64,000 nucleotides of DNA from Lingula anatina (taxonomy: Eukaryota > Animalia > Brachiopoda): assembly GCA_051362555.1 (NCBI GenBank), contig CM120648.1, positions 8,676,587 through 8,740,586 of the forward strand, in the 5' to 3' direction. The position numbers and the translations under genes were made by a program. Below the pieces are notes generated by a model. The model saw only the letters and a program-made list of their open reading frames with translations. It searched no databases and was not told the DNA's origin. This document shows positions 22,288 to 34,322 of the stretch, piece after piece. Positions within the stretch are counted from its first letter, which is position 1; each line of letters opens with the position of its first letter.

Positions 22288-25218
22288 TTAGAGATGCGTT
22301 GTACCTGTGCTTTTATTCTTCGACGTTGCGTTGCTCCTATTTGACGAAGCGGGAAGGACGGGTGTAGAGCCCGAAGCATGGTGGCTTGTTTTCAGTCTGA
22401 TTTTTTCCCTCAAATCTTCCAATACTCTCTTGGTGCACACTGTAGATAAAAAGATGTACGCACCGTCCAATGAGGCTGTGACAATAAATATATACCAAAA
22501 CACAGTGAACACTGTTGGGTCACTCATCAGACTGGCAATAAAACCAAAAATCCAATGTGCCCCCATTAATGTAAACAGCTTCACATAGATAGAAAAAGGG
22601 TGATTTTTATTTTTAGAAGAGTTCAGTTCTTTGGCGCTGTTCATGGCGCCATGAATTGCTCGGGAGGCTATCGTAAAAAGTATCAGATTCACAAGGATAA
22701 TCAAGCCGACTGGGGCCACCATGAATATAATAAGAGGGTATTTCTTGGAAATCCAGCAAATTCCTGACGCGTAATTCGCTTGGAAGTCTTCGTTGATGTC
22801 GACAAAGTCCAAAATTAGACATGTCGCCACAATCAACCCAGAGCAAAGCGAGGTGTAGATAGAGTACGTGAGGAACCGTTTCCTCGACCCTCCAGATCGA
22901 TCGGAAGTCAGAGACGATTTCGTACCAAATGTCCGCGTCATGTCGACTGCAATGGCGTTCATCCAAAGAACGGAACACAGTACACTCCAATGGAACAATA
23001 CAGCAATAACTTGGCATCCGACTTTGTTGCCGAGAAAAAAAGGCCTTATTAGGAAGAGGACTTTCGATATGAAGAGCACGAAAACGAGGCAAAATTGAAG
23101 TCTCCCTGGAAACGTCCGAAAGATGGAAACAAATGGCTGCAACACAATCCGTAAAAGTAAACATAAACAAGATATGGCTAAGCATATCACCGTCACGATT
23201 CCTTCAGTAACGGACAGATTACTGTATATTTGGTTGACGAATGGATTAGAAGAGTTTCCCGTAGAATTATTAACCTCATGACTTGTGAATAACGACTCCA
23301 GGGTATCAGCGCATACCCATACCTGATTATCCCACACTTGATAATCCTTTCTGTCTATCACGGTATTTGCGACATGAACTGAAATAGACCCATTCTCCAA
23401 AATGTCATAGTCAGAAGTATTAAGGGCAATACGAGGGCAGTCGCTAACCCCAGAGTGGAAGGGGCTAAAGGTGTACGTGTTACCGATATATTTAAATGTT
23501 TCATTCGTGTTGTTATTATAAGCAGCAACTATCACGTCAATGACCTGACCAAGGGCTAGCATGATTGTTACATTAAGCCGGTTTTGACCAACGTTCGCAT
23601 CATTTGTTTTCAGTAGAAACTGGGTTTCCATGGTGGCAGCCCGTGGATTTGCAGTGTCAAAATAGTTCGTTACAACTTCTCCATGTGATGAGAATGCTTT
23701 CTCAAAGAATGCCGTCAGTGCCTGGACGATGTCCGTCTTTTGTTCTTTAAAAGGGTAAAGTCTTTGAATGTGTGTGGCGGAAGGAACCGTCTCGTTTGGG
23801 TCTTTAGTAACCCATGTCGTCACGATTTTAACATCACTAAGAGGGTATCTGTACACGCAGACGCCGTCCAGCAACGTGAAATCTCTTGAGCATTGAATCG
23901 GTTTACACGACTGGCCAAAGATAATGCAATTTGACAGCGTTTCCTTGATAACTGGCTTTTCGTCTTTCAGTGACGTTTTGACACCAATGCGAAGGCCGTC
24001 GAGACTGTTGAAATCCATAAGAACTCGAAAAGAGAAGAAAGAAATATCTGTGCCCGGAATGTCGCCAGGCAATGTGCCTTTAGAACAGTACATGTCAAGC
24101 AGATTCTCATAGTTACACATACCGCAGAATTCGTTTTTATAGTCATTTCCACTTGAGACGTACAATTGGTAACGATGGCATTCGCGGACCAATTTTTCAT
24201 TGGTGCAGTTTTTCGAGCACTCCCCGACGACATGCTTACACAGGCGATACGGACTCCAGGCCGGAGGCATGATGGCCTGTTTGCACTGGTCGCTGTTCTC
24301 TAGCTCAGTGATGGGGTTTGAAGAATTTTCAAGGTAAACTGGTTGGGAACAGTTGAATTGCAACTCCCAGAATATGAAGTCATCAATACCGTTGCAGACA
24401 GCACAAAAAGAGTTTCGGTAATGGACTCCGGTCCTTCTGTCGGTTACGGGCAAGAGATATTTTACATCCAGATAAAGGGGATCGCCCTCTTTCTCGCAGC
24501 CATTGGTAACCATCTGAGATGTCCAGTTGGTGGGGCATTTTCCAATGACAAGCACATTATTCGTTATTTCGTTCTCTGTTGAGCGAAAAGGATATTTCAT
24601 CTTCTGGCAGATAGTTCCCGAGTGGAAATCGGCAGTCATGTTCAGCGTTGGTTTCAAAGCCGAATACTTCACCTTTTCATCCGGGCATTTGCTATCCACA
24701 TCCGGGCAACAGTCGCCGTAGAAATTACACATGTAGTCGCAAGAGCACCACTTTGGGCGTTGGTCTTCCCAACGACTGCTGACGGTACCACAGTGGCTTT
24801 CGCACGTCAACTTATTGGCGTATTGTCCACATGAGGGCACGTTTTCGAAGCCCGGAGTTGGTGGCTCGTGGTCTGGCCCTCCGCAGAGAAACTCGGAAGA
24901 AACAGCCATCACCGGGGCCGGCACTGTGTGGGGTATGAGTGGTATTGGCGTCGTCTGCGGGAGGTTTATTATTAAAGGCGGTGGAGTTAGTAGTACGGGC
25001 GCTGGGGGTGTCATAGGAATCACTTCGATGACTGTGAACGTGCTTCCGTTATATCCCTCTGTTGCTGTTGTAGTTGTTGTTGTCGTAGCAGTTGTTGGTG
25101 TTGTTGATGATGTCGTCAAAAGTCCATAACCATCCCGAATACAGCAAATTATGTACAAGCTTAGTACGAAATAGCCCGCATTTCTGTAGCCTGGCCTTGT
25201 GTTACGGGTAGAATCCAT
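22288..25218 (-). CDS. SMB/Cys-rich family-B 7TM receptor, paralog 3 (976 aa)
   Basis: Same architecture. Start context TTTCAG|CACC ATG G. Intact Ser/Thr-rich tail ending -TTHL. Confidence 0.9.
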   Translation of the reverse strand: MDSTRNTRPGYRNAGYFVLSLYIICCIRDGYGLLTTSSTTPTTATTTTTTTATEGYNGSTFTVIEVIPMTPPAPVLLTPPPLIINLPQTTPIPLIPHTVPAPVMAVSSEFLCGGPDHEPPTPGFENVPSCGQYANKLTCESHCGTVSSRWEDQRPKWCSCDYMCNFYGDCCPDVDSKCPDEKVKYSALKPTLNMTADFHSGTICQKMKYPFRSTENEITNNVLVIGKCPTNWTSQMVTNGCEKEGDPLYLDVKYLLPVTDRRTGVHYRNSFCAVCNGIDDFIFWELQFNCSQPVYLENSSNPITELENSDQCKQAIMPPAWSPYRLCKHVVGECSKNCTNEKLVRECHRYQLYVSSGNDYKNEFCGMCNYENLLDMYCSKGTLPGDIPGTDISFFSFRVLMDFNSLDGLRIGVKTSLKDEKPVIKETLSNCIIFGQSCKPIQCSRDFTLLDGVCVYRYPLSDVKIVTTWVTKDPNETVPSATHIQRLYPFKEQKTDIVQALTAFFEKAFSSHGEVVTNYFDTANPRAATMETQFLLKTNDANVGQNRLNVTIMLALGQVIDVIVAAYNNNTNETFKYIGNTYTFSPFHSGVSDCPRIALNTSDYDILENGSISVHVANTVIDRKDYQVWDNQVWVCADTLESLFTSHEVNNSTGNSSNPFVNQIYSNLSVTEGIVTVICLAISCLCLLLRIVLQPFVSIFRTFPGRLQFCLVFVLFISKVLFLIRPFFLGNKVGCQVIAVLFHWSVLCSVLWMNAIAVDMTRTFGTKSSLTSDRSGGSRKRFLTYSIYTSLCSGLIVATCLILDFVDINEDFQANYASGICWISKKYPLIIFMVAPVGLIILVNLILFTIASRAIHGAMNSAKELNSSKNKNHPFSIYVKLFTLMGAHWIFGFIASLMSDPTVFTVFWYIFIVTASLDGAYIFLSTVCTKRVLEDLREKIRLKTSHHASGSTPVLPASSNRSNATSKNKSTGTTHL

Positions 25219-26034
25219 GGTGCTGAAATGAGTAAACGTGCAGTGAAGTACGATCCCTTATACGGATGCTGCCCTTATTAATATCAATATTATTGACAGT
25301 AAACATTATTGAAACATTGCGTCCCGGCCCCATTAGTGTCTATTAGATATCGATCAACTGTTTTGCAAATAGGATTAATGATTAAAGCATACGCTTAATG
25401 GACTATGTAACATCTTTCAGTTAGTTGTGGGCAATTATCCGGAAAGGAAATCCCAATGGTTGAATGAATGATTTAGCATTGACTTTTAACGGCCATTAAT
25501 CATAGGAGTTCATGAAATAAGGACAGAGAGGGGAGGTTTGCGCTAATCTTTTAAGCCCACTGCCAATGGGACTGGTTTGCCTCAGACATACATGTATGCC
25601 TGGTGGTCAGAATTAATAAATAAAAATTAATTCGTTCGAAGTTCTTGAAATCGAAAGGTTATGCAAAATAATCCAAGCCAACCACTAAAAATTATTTCCA
25701 GTCAGACCCAATTAGTCACTTCTCTCGAACCCGCCCACCCTCAATTTACTTTCTCAAAACGAAGTGCTTTTTATTAAGCGAGAGAGAAGGCGCGCGGCGG
25801 CCCGTTTTCTTTCTTTCCCATATTATACACCACAACTTTGGTCTACGTCAACCTTTTTCCTTTAATATTTGGCGTTGTTACCGTAAATAAAAGCTGAGGG
25901 CGTGGACGAAATGATTTATGGTTTAAATGTCCCTAAATATATGCATGGAGTTAGTCGTATGAGAAAAACGGTCAGCCACATACATGTGTTTGCTTTTTCG
26001 CCTACGTGGCACTGCACAAGCGGTTTTTTATTAA

Positions 26035-26375
26035 AGGGATAATAACTCTTCGTATGAGATCTATTTTTCACAATAAAAACATTGTGAACAACTCATAGAA
26101 ATATAATATATTCTGTTTTACCACAAAAACGGCAGTTATAGCTATTATTCTGATATCTGAGCTTGTCTTTAGACCACGTGATCTCCATTGATGGCTATAC
26201 TCTGTCATAATCTCTTAAGAGATTATAACTTAAAAACAAACTTTTTAGAAAAAAAAAAAACAGGGACTAACTTTGAATGTAAAAATGGCTTCGTTAACCA
26301 TTGGTAAGAATGGGAAAATTGTTGTTTACTCCAGGAAAATTCATTTTTTGGCCAAAACGAAGAGTTATTATCCCT
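26035..26375. mobile_element. Kolobok-like MITE, copy 1
   Basis: TTAA|AGGGATAATAACTCTTCGT ... ACGAAGAGTTATTATCCCT|TTAA. A second copy lies at 32417. Confidence 0.9.
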
Positions 26376-26487
26376 TTAAATACACGTGCGCCTTTTTTAT
26401 TTGTGACTTGTCTAGTGTGGAAAATGATATCCTCGATTACCTGTGAAAAGGTAATATACAGCGAGTAACAAGTGCTTAATTATCACC

Positions 26488-26490
<3 letters not shown>

Positions 26491-26556
<66 letters not shown>
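26491..26556. repeat. (TA)n microsatellite
   Basis: Read directly from the sequence. Confidence 0.95.
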
Positions 26557-26560
<4 letters not shown>

Positions 26561-28947
26561 ACCTGTGTTACTATCCGGTGCCCGTATGCCCCATGTACCT
26601 GTATAATTACACCTTTATCTGTCTCTTGTGCTGAGCCTTGGTCACGGCCAAGGCGCCGAGTAGTTAAATAGGATCTTCAGCACCTTTTCTTTAGATGGGG
26701 TCATTGTAAAGCAAAATATTTACCAAATCAGTCACGGCAAAGTCAAAAGAAGAAAAATTTTCTTTCTGCGACCTACCAGCCGTGTTTATATATATATAAT
26801 GTCAGACAAGTCCCCTCCGAATTACTTGGGTCATTTTATGTTTCTTTGCAAAGTATATCAATGATTCACCGAAATGATGCACAACAAAATACCGCACCTA
26901 CAATGTACCTATGTACTAGGATCCTAACCGGAGCTTGAACGCGTTTTAACAATATGCAAGCTAGGGCACTGAGTACTGTAATTAACACCAGCTTCCGACC
27001 ACACAGGCGGGCCTGCATATGAATTACATGTACATTCCTGTACATATGCACATTCCTGTATAAAAATGCACTTGACTACCCTCCCTTACACATACTATAT
27101 ATGTACAGGTAAATGGTAGAAAAGTTCGCCCACCCACCAGCCTGGCCATTAACAAAGGTACCCACTGTGGTAAATACTTAACACCGTTACGCTGAAGGTC
27201 CTCAGTTAGGCTTACATGTACTCAAGAGGGGTGTATGTACTGTACTGTCTTATTTCCATCCTACATCTTCATAAACTAGGACCAAATCAATGCCGTTTAA
27301 GCTGTACATATTTTACACAACTCACCTGTAGATTCTGAATAAAACCGTGCCCTTTTTAACTTCTACATTCCCCCTAACAAAACAGTAACAGTTTCTGGTA
27401 ACGATATTAATGCTGTCATTGTCATCCTGCGTTCTAGGAAGGTTGACGTCATAGCCCATCCCGTCCACAATGCAGGCCGCTATTATTCGAGTATGTAACC
27501 CGCGACGACATGCCTAGGCCTAGAGTGAAATTGCCTGCGACGCGAAAAGTCAAATTACCCCTTATCGTTATATATCGCCGAGCTGAACTTGAATTACGAG
27601 TGTATTGTCTGTGGTTATAATTATCAATTGAAAAAAAATAATCTGAGGTCCCGGAAGAGGATATTTAGGGTCCGTTGTGATCACTTTGACCACGCATCAT
27701 GGACGATAAAGGACGAGAGTGAACACGTGTCTTGGACACATACTGCTACATGCATTTTAAAAATACCCACGTAATCTCTTTAATACAATATATAGCGAAA
27801 GATGGACCACCCTAGAGATTTGAAGATCCTCCAGACAATTCTACATTCAGCGAGAGTGTACACGTCCGTTACCAGCGATTTTTAAAAGGAGTTCTCTTTC
27901 TGAAAACATGGACCTTTAACCATGAAACCTTGATGTACCTAGATCAAATTTTAACTCAGAGCGGATCTTTCTGGGCAAAAAAGGTGGTTCGTTCGCACAA
28001 TCCGACCCCCACCGTCCCTAGCTACGGGCCTGATATGGCAATTAGGATATCAGCACATACACGTGCGCAAGTACTAAAAGCATTGAATTTGTTCTGCGAG
28101 TGACGCACCTGGCGTAATTTCAGAGAGGTGGCAATAAAATTATAAAGCAAATAACTAGGATACACTACTTCTCCCCCTCAAGTAATGAAATTAAAAGAAG
28201 CTTGACACTCCACGTGTCTTTCCAAATTTACATATGAATTCTTATAGTTTATGACGGCGGAAAATTTTATTTTTCTCTGGAAGATTAGATTAAATACATT
28301 AATTTTATTTTCACATTCTGTACTTGAAGCTCAATAAAAAGAGCTTGTAAATTACAATTTGAAGACAAAAATGTGAGTTTTCATTTCAGCATGGTGCGCA
28401 GTTTGGATAGATACTGATTCATAGTATTGGGATTTTATTTCTGCAAGATGTGCGGTAAGATCTAGGTTTCAAAATACAGAAACTAGGTCTAAGTTGGAGA
28501 CACATTCGCGCAAGACGTGCTGCTTGAATAATACAGTAGGGAAGAGGCCTTTACTGTACGCGCTAGCCGTGGTTTAACTAATATCTATCTTATGTATATC
28601 TATAAACCATTATTGTCCATGTACGTAGGGGTCACGTGGTGGCAATGAATGAGAAAGCAATTTAGTTCTATTGGCAGAATGCCGTACTATTTAATTATTT
28701 AGCTCAATTAATACCCAGTTGTTATACTGTAACGATGCAGCAATAAGACAAAGCGTGAGATCTAACGATACGGCTTAGGGCCCATGGTGTTTCCACGTGC
28801 AATATTTTACGATTTGTCATTTTTAACAGTTATTTATAATTACTCTTTGTGTACTGTAGTGTACACATGGTAACAGAAGGAATCAACATTTCTTATCATT
28901 TATTTGCTGGTATTTAAAAACGTTCTTAAAGGTATTCACAATATTTG

Positions 28948-28996
<49 letters not shown>

Positions 28997-30482
28997 TGAT
29001 CTTAATCTGCCTAGCCTTGGACAAATACACCGAGAGCTTAGCATGCATGTAACTCACAAACTACATCTTTATTGATTACCAACTCAAACAAAATTGACGC
29101 GAATTGAAATACCCATTAGTGTTGAAAGGTTTGACACAAATTAAGTCATATAATGAAAGGCTGATGTTTTATTGAATAATAACGCTCTTATCTCTTCAGC
29201 ACGTTTGATAAATGCAAAAAAGCCATCCATATTAATGTTAAAAACAATGACTAAAACGCGGATGAAAGTAAGTGCAAGGGAACTGAGTGCTTTCTGTTTT
29301 AATCCTACTTTAAAACTAGACCTGTGCTTTCACGGGGGAAATTTGCACGTAAGGCACGGACCTTATTGAACCTGTGGTGGATATTGCTTCTTTGGAAAAA
29401 TTATAAAAAATTATTTTAATGATGAAGATTCAATCATCGATCGATGCCAATAGACCTACAAAACTGCGCCGCAGGTATGGATGGATTGGGGAATTTTGCT
29501 TAAACCTAAGGTTTCTAAAACTTATCCATCATATGAACACATAAGTACCAAAAATACATCAAACCAAATATTACACTGGGCGTGTTCTTTGGCATGGAGT
29601 TAGTTGCTACATACTGTACAGTTCAGCCACAGATTGCCCTGGCTTTGACATGGCATCCGATAAGCGTGGGGTTTTGAATCTCGAAATTGATGAATCATGC
29701 TGTACAATATATAGAACTTTCACACAGTTTATTGGACCGGTCAAGAGCAATGTAAAGACAATCTTATCATTGCCCTTAGTTATTCCTAAGCTTGTTATGA
29801 AGTTAGAATATCACGACATTCACTTCACCTTTGCTGCCTCCACTTTGCCGTGATTGCTATATCGATAAACGGTGCCATTAGAGTGTGAGTTGGACAGCAG
29901 AGTAAACGGTAAAGATTCAACGCGTGGGCACAAATTTTAGTTGAAAAAAAAAATAATGATGTGCATGTAGATATATTTAAATGCGACTCAAAAGTTATCT
30001 TACACGATCAAACACGTCATTGGATGGCCTGAACTATATAAATAACTGGTACAGCAACAAAAATGTATTTGGCCGCTACGAAGCGAGGAACAGTAATGGG
30101 CAACAACAGAATATACTACAGAGTCGTCTAACAAAAAAGGGACACGGACTGTCAAAGAAAGCTGGCCTTTTTGTCAGTAAATGGGAAGAAAGGAAACATT
30201 CAATTGATACGTGTGGACCATGACATTGATCATGACAACAACTGATCGACGAAGAACTGATAACGCATTTAGTGTGAAGTATATGCATTTCTTTTTTCAA
30301 CAGTTTAAATGAATGAAGGTGGAAAAAGGCCTACGAATTTGTTCGAAAATTGGTGTACTGTGGTCATTGATTTCAGACGGCCAATAGTACATGTACAGCA
30401 CGGGTGGAGGCATTCTCTGACAGATTAAGTGACAGGCTCATTTCACAGGATATCATTGAAATAAAGAAAGATCGACGCAGGA

Positions 30483-31529
30483 ATGTTTGGTACCAACAGC
30501 ACCGTTCCTGTGAACAACAGTTACGTGGAAGAGAGCGTAACCATACTCCGTGCGGGCGCACCTGTGATGTTGATCTTTTCCTTCCTTGGGTTCGCCTTCA
30601 ACAGAATATCACTAGAAGCTATCAGGATGGTGCGTCCTACTACCAAACCCTACCACCTTCTCTTGTTGAACCTTTGCCTGGCCGACATGTTTGTGTTCTT
30701 TTGCTTATTCTGGATGTCAGTTCTTTTGATTGTGTACGCGTACAGCGGAGACGGTGAGATAATTGCCCGCATGTATGCCATGGACAGCAGCATCACTCGA
30801 TGTCAAGTTGCTGTCGATAACGCCATTGGACTTATCCCATTGCTTGCCTCGGCATTGACAATTTTAGTTATTGTGCTAAACCTGTATATAGCAATAAGAC
30901 ACCCTTTTCGGTACAATACTCTCATCACAAAGAAGAGGGCGGTAATTGTGAACATTCTGGTATGGGTCGTGGCTTTCCTGCTCGGTGGACTAAATATATT
31001 TGTAGCCCTCGGAAACTTATTGCTAACGTCGCCGAAAGATGCCACATATGCGAAATTTTGTTTGCTTCTCTGGAAAACCGACGCTCAAGGATACTACCTA
31101 ATTCTTCCTATACTTATAGGGTTGGAGGTCGTTATACTGGCCTGTATGAAGTTGAGAGTGTTTCTGACGGCAAAGAAGAAAATGTGCGAGCCGCCAGCCG
31201 CCCAACTGCACACTTTGTCTCAAAGTTGTAGGTTCAAACTAGCAAAGTTAGTCATCACATTGTTTGGAAGCCTCATTTGCTGTTGGTTGCCCTTTGTATT
31301 GTCAAATTTCATTTATAACATAATTGAGCCCATATCTGCTATTCGACTGCAGTATCTTTCGTTCTTTTTGCTGCTTTTCAATTCCATATTGAATCCCTTT
31401 GTTTACGGATTAAGTTTGGCCGAAGTTAGGGAGGCACATCGCTGTCTCTTTAAAGATGCCTTTAAAAACATGTTAAAGCAAGAGCCTTTTACCATAAGCA
31501 TAACAGCGGGAGAGGAACAGAACACCTAG
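30483..31529 (+). CDS. Orphan rhodopsin-class (class A) GPCR, single-exon CDS, 348 aa
   Basis: N-terminal N-glycosylation sequons, seven hydrophobic helices, LLNLCLAD (TM2), NLYIAIRHPFRY (DRY position), CCWLPF (TM6), NSILNPFVY (TM7). Possible UTR acceptor at 30375. Confidence 0.9.
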   Translation: MFGTNSTVPVNNSYVEESVTILRAGAPVMLIFSFLGFAFNRISLEAIRMVRPTTKPYHLLLLNLCLADMFVFFCLFWMSVLLIVYAYSGDGEIIARMYAMDSSITRCQVAVDNAIGLIPLLASALTILVIVLNLYIAIRHPFRYNTLITKKRAVIVNILVWVVAFLLGGLNIFVALGNLLLTSPKDATYAKFCLLLWKTDAQGYYLILPILIGLEVVILACMKLRVFLTAKKKMCEPPAAQLHTLSQSCRFKLAKLVITLFGSLICCWLPFVLSNFIYNIIEPISAIRLQYLSFFLLLFNSILNPFVYGLSLAEVREAHRCLFKDAFKNMLKQEPFTISITAGEEQNT

Positions 31530-32224
31530 ATCTAAGACGATAAAGAGCAGAACGCTTAGAAGGTAAAATGACAGCTGTGCAAGTCGCTTATCCAAATCGA
31601 CCAACATGAATAATGACAATGAAGAATTTATTTTTGAACACATAATGAATTATTTTGTAGATGCATAATGTAAGATTATTGCATTGTGCTTAAATAGGTA
31701 AAGTTAACAAGGTAATTTGTTTGTTGAATTGTATATCCGCTTTCACTGTGTCAGTGTCTAGATGCCTGGAAAGTTACTTATTATAAAAAATCTGTGTTGT
31801 CGATATCTCCGGTGTTTGGAGTGTATTTAGACTCAGGTTATTCTAATTAATTGTTGACAGTGCAGTTTTTCAATTTGAAACAATTTTGAAAGGGCAAAGA
31901 TAAGCGTACCACTGAAAATAAATATCACCACTATTCACGAGGTTTAAATTTGTGTTGGTGGCCTTGATGTTTATTTTTACCTTTTTCCGAAAAATTAATC
32001 GCACCTTTGAAAAGATAGTGCTAGCTAAAGAGAGGCATGGTGATAGTTCAAGCGCAATAACAACGTGTTGGGCACTTGATTCAAAACAAGTCGTGCCAAC
32101 TGTGACCTGTTTCACAGAACAGACTGTGTCGGAAACAAGTCCTTACAAAGCTTAATAAGAAATTGAATGGGTCGAGTAAGTTAGGTCACTTACCTTTTTT
32201 ATTATGATTGTTTACAATAAGAAA

Positions 32225-32264
<40 letters not shown>

Positions 32265-32416
32265 CAGTAGGCCTACCTCTTTCATATATTTATTATTTTT
32301 TAATCCCAAGAGCAAATTGTGACTGTAATAATCTTTTGAATTGTCAATAGCGACAGTAGACCTAATCTCTTGGGAAACATACTGCAGTCAACAATATGTA
32401 GTCGCTATACACTTAA

Positions 32417-32753
32417 AGGGATAATAACTCTTCGTTTCGGCCAAAAAATGAATTTTCCTGGAGTAAACAACAATTTTTCCATACTTACCAATGGTTGATG
32501 AATCCATTTTTACATTCAAAGTTAGTCCTTGGTTTTTTTCAAAAAAGTTTTGGTTTTTTTGTTAAAATTTCTTAAGAGATTTTAACAGAGTATAGTCATC
32601 AATGGAGGTCACGTGGTCTAAAAAAGCTCAGATATCAGAATAATAGCTATAATTGCCGTTTTTGTGGTAAAACAGAATATATTATATTTCTATGAGTTAT
32701 TCACAATGTTTTTATTTTGAAATGTAGATCTCATACGAAGAGTTATTATCCTT
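32417..32753. mobile_element. Kolobok-like MITE, copy 2 (inverted relative to copy 1)
   Basis: Same TIR and internal sequence as 26035-26375 in reverse orientation, with TTAA on both flanks. Confidence 0.9.
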
Positions 32754-33640
32754 TTAAGTGTAATACGTTAGACTTTTAGTTAAACAGCAACTGGGTATCA
32801 CACTGGCGAACACCTCATTGTAGCAGTTGAGATCAACGCAATGGAGTCCCGCACAGCTTCGCGTCCAACAACCAATCACGTTACCTTTAGTTGTAGATTC
32901 TACGTCACGAGTTATTTTTAGAAAAATGGGAAATATACGGAAGCGAATGTGATCCTTGTATATATGCATATCAGTCTCCACAATACCGGATATTGGAGGA
33001 AACCAGTCGCACGAAGGCAAGTTTACAGTGTGCATGCTTGTAAATGGTGTGAAGATCAGTAGAACTTTTCGGAATTATACTGCCTTATCTGTTGGTAAGT
33101 TATTTATAAACAACTAAACGTATGGGGGTACGAACGTAGGTACTTGTTAGCTATTACAGTATTTTCACCAACGACGGTGGTTATGTTATATCGGAGTTGG
33201 TTCGCCGGTTTGTAAGCTGACGAAACATCATCGATAGTTCGTCACAAGTTTGGATGGGGCTTTCAGGACAGACGGTTATGCAGAAGGGAACAAAGTGGTT
33301 AGAAATATTATTTATCGGCTAGGGTAGTATTAGACCTTATTACACTGTGCATGTGTAGGCCTATTGTGTAATCAATCTGGAATCCAAGTTCAGGTTATGA
33401 TTCCAGAACGACTCGAGTGGATATACTTTGATGTCAGGATTTTCTATGACTAATTAGCCAAATAAACAACACGGTGAAAAATAGAATTGATATTCTAAGA
33501 ATTATGCGCAAATAGGCACGTGTAACCCCGCTTAGCTACGTTCAAGAGAGACGGTTTGGGGTATTCACTGACAATGGTGAAACAAAGCCAGGCTTTATCT
33601 TAAACCTATTACCTTCTACACGACCCAACTCCTTTAAAAT

Positions 33641-33808
33641 CAGGGGCGGATTTAGGCCGTCTTCTGGGTCTTCTGGAAGACGGTCAGATTTTCAAGTTTA
33701 CATTGTCAGCCATGTAAAGTTTTCTGTCGGAAGACGGTCAAAAATGGAAGATTGATCAACAAAGATAATTTGGAAGACTGTCAGAAAATATCTCTGGATC
33801 CGCCCCTG
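33641..33808. mobile_element. MITE with CAGGGGCGGAT TIRs, in the 5'UTR intron of CARD gene A
   Basis: CAGGGGCGGAT...ATCCGCCCCTG, with AAAAT on both flanks. A related degenerate sequence lies at ~367-510. Confidence 0.7.
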
Positions 33809-34322
33809 AAAATGTATCCTATACATTTCGCTGGCGTTAAACAGACGAAACAACCCCCGATAGCACATTGATTGGATTGAAGTCATGAGGTGTATATATA
33901 TATAACCCTGTATATAAACATATATATGACTGGCCGTGTGTCAATGAGATAATGGGATGGAAATACCAAGTCCTTGTTTACTAGTCGACACTGAATCAGT
34001 GCATGCGCTAATGTGTGAATTATTCAACAGGTGGGCGGCTATTGATGCGGTCGCATATTATTGCCCGAATACCACTGGTGCGCTACCTGTTGCTACACTA
34101 CCGTGGCTCTGGCTAGGTCTACCTTTACCTCTTGAGGGCGGCTCCTGTATTAGAAATCAAATTACACAACTCTTGCTATTATTCATGCTTAATTCATTAG
34201 TTTTGAAAGACCTCTCCAAACAAACACTATGATTTTTTAAAACGCTGAAGTATTGAAAAACATATTCTCTAGCAAAATCTGTCAATTTTTTTAGAATTTT
34301 TTTTCTGTATTGCAGAGTCCTT

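Larger units (their letters stand above)
14345..27185. repeat. Tandem segmental duplication (~14345-20520 and ~21378-27185) carrying receptor paralogs 2 and 3
   Basis: 3' flanks align (14347 vs 21380, TTAGATGTGCTGACGTGAATATAAATAATAAATG), the CDSs align, the acceptor regions align (18081-18255 vs 25223-25398), and upstream blocks 20150-20520 and 26810-27185 align. Confidence 0.85.

Noticed and set aside
8730-25129. Recurrent antisense ORFs over the receptor genes (e.g. MRNRFLDPP...)
   Set aside because: Shadows of the conserved sense CDS, with no independent coding signal.
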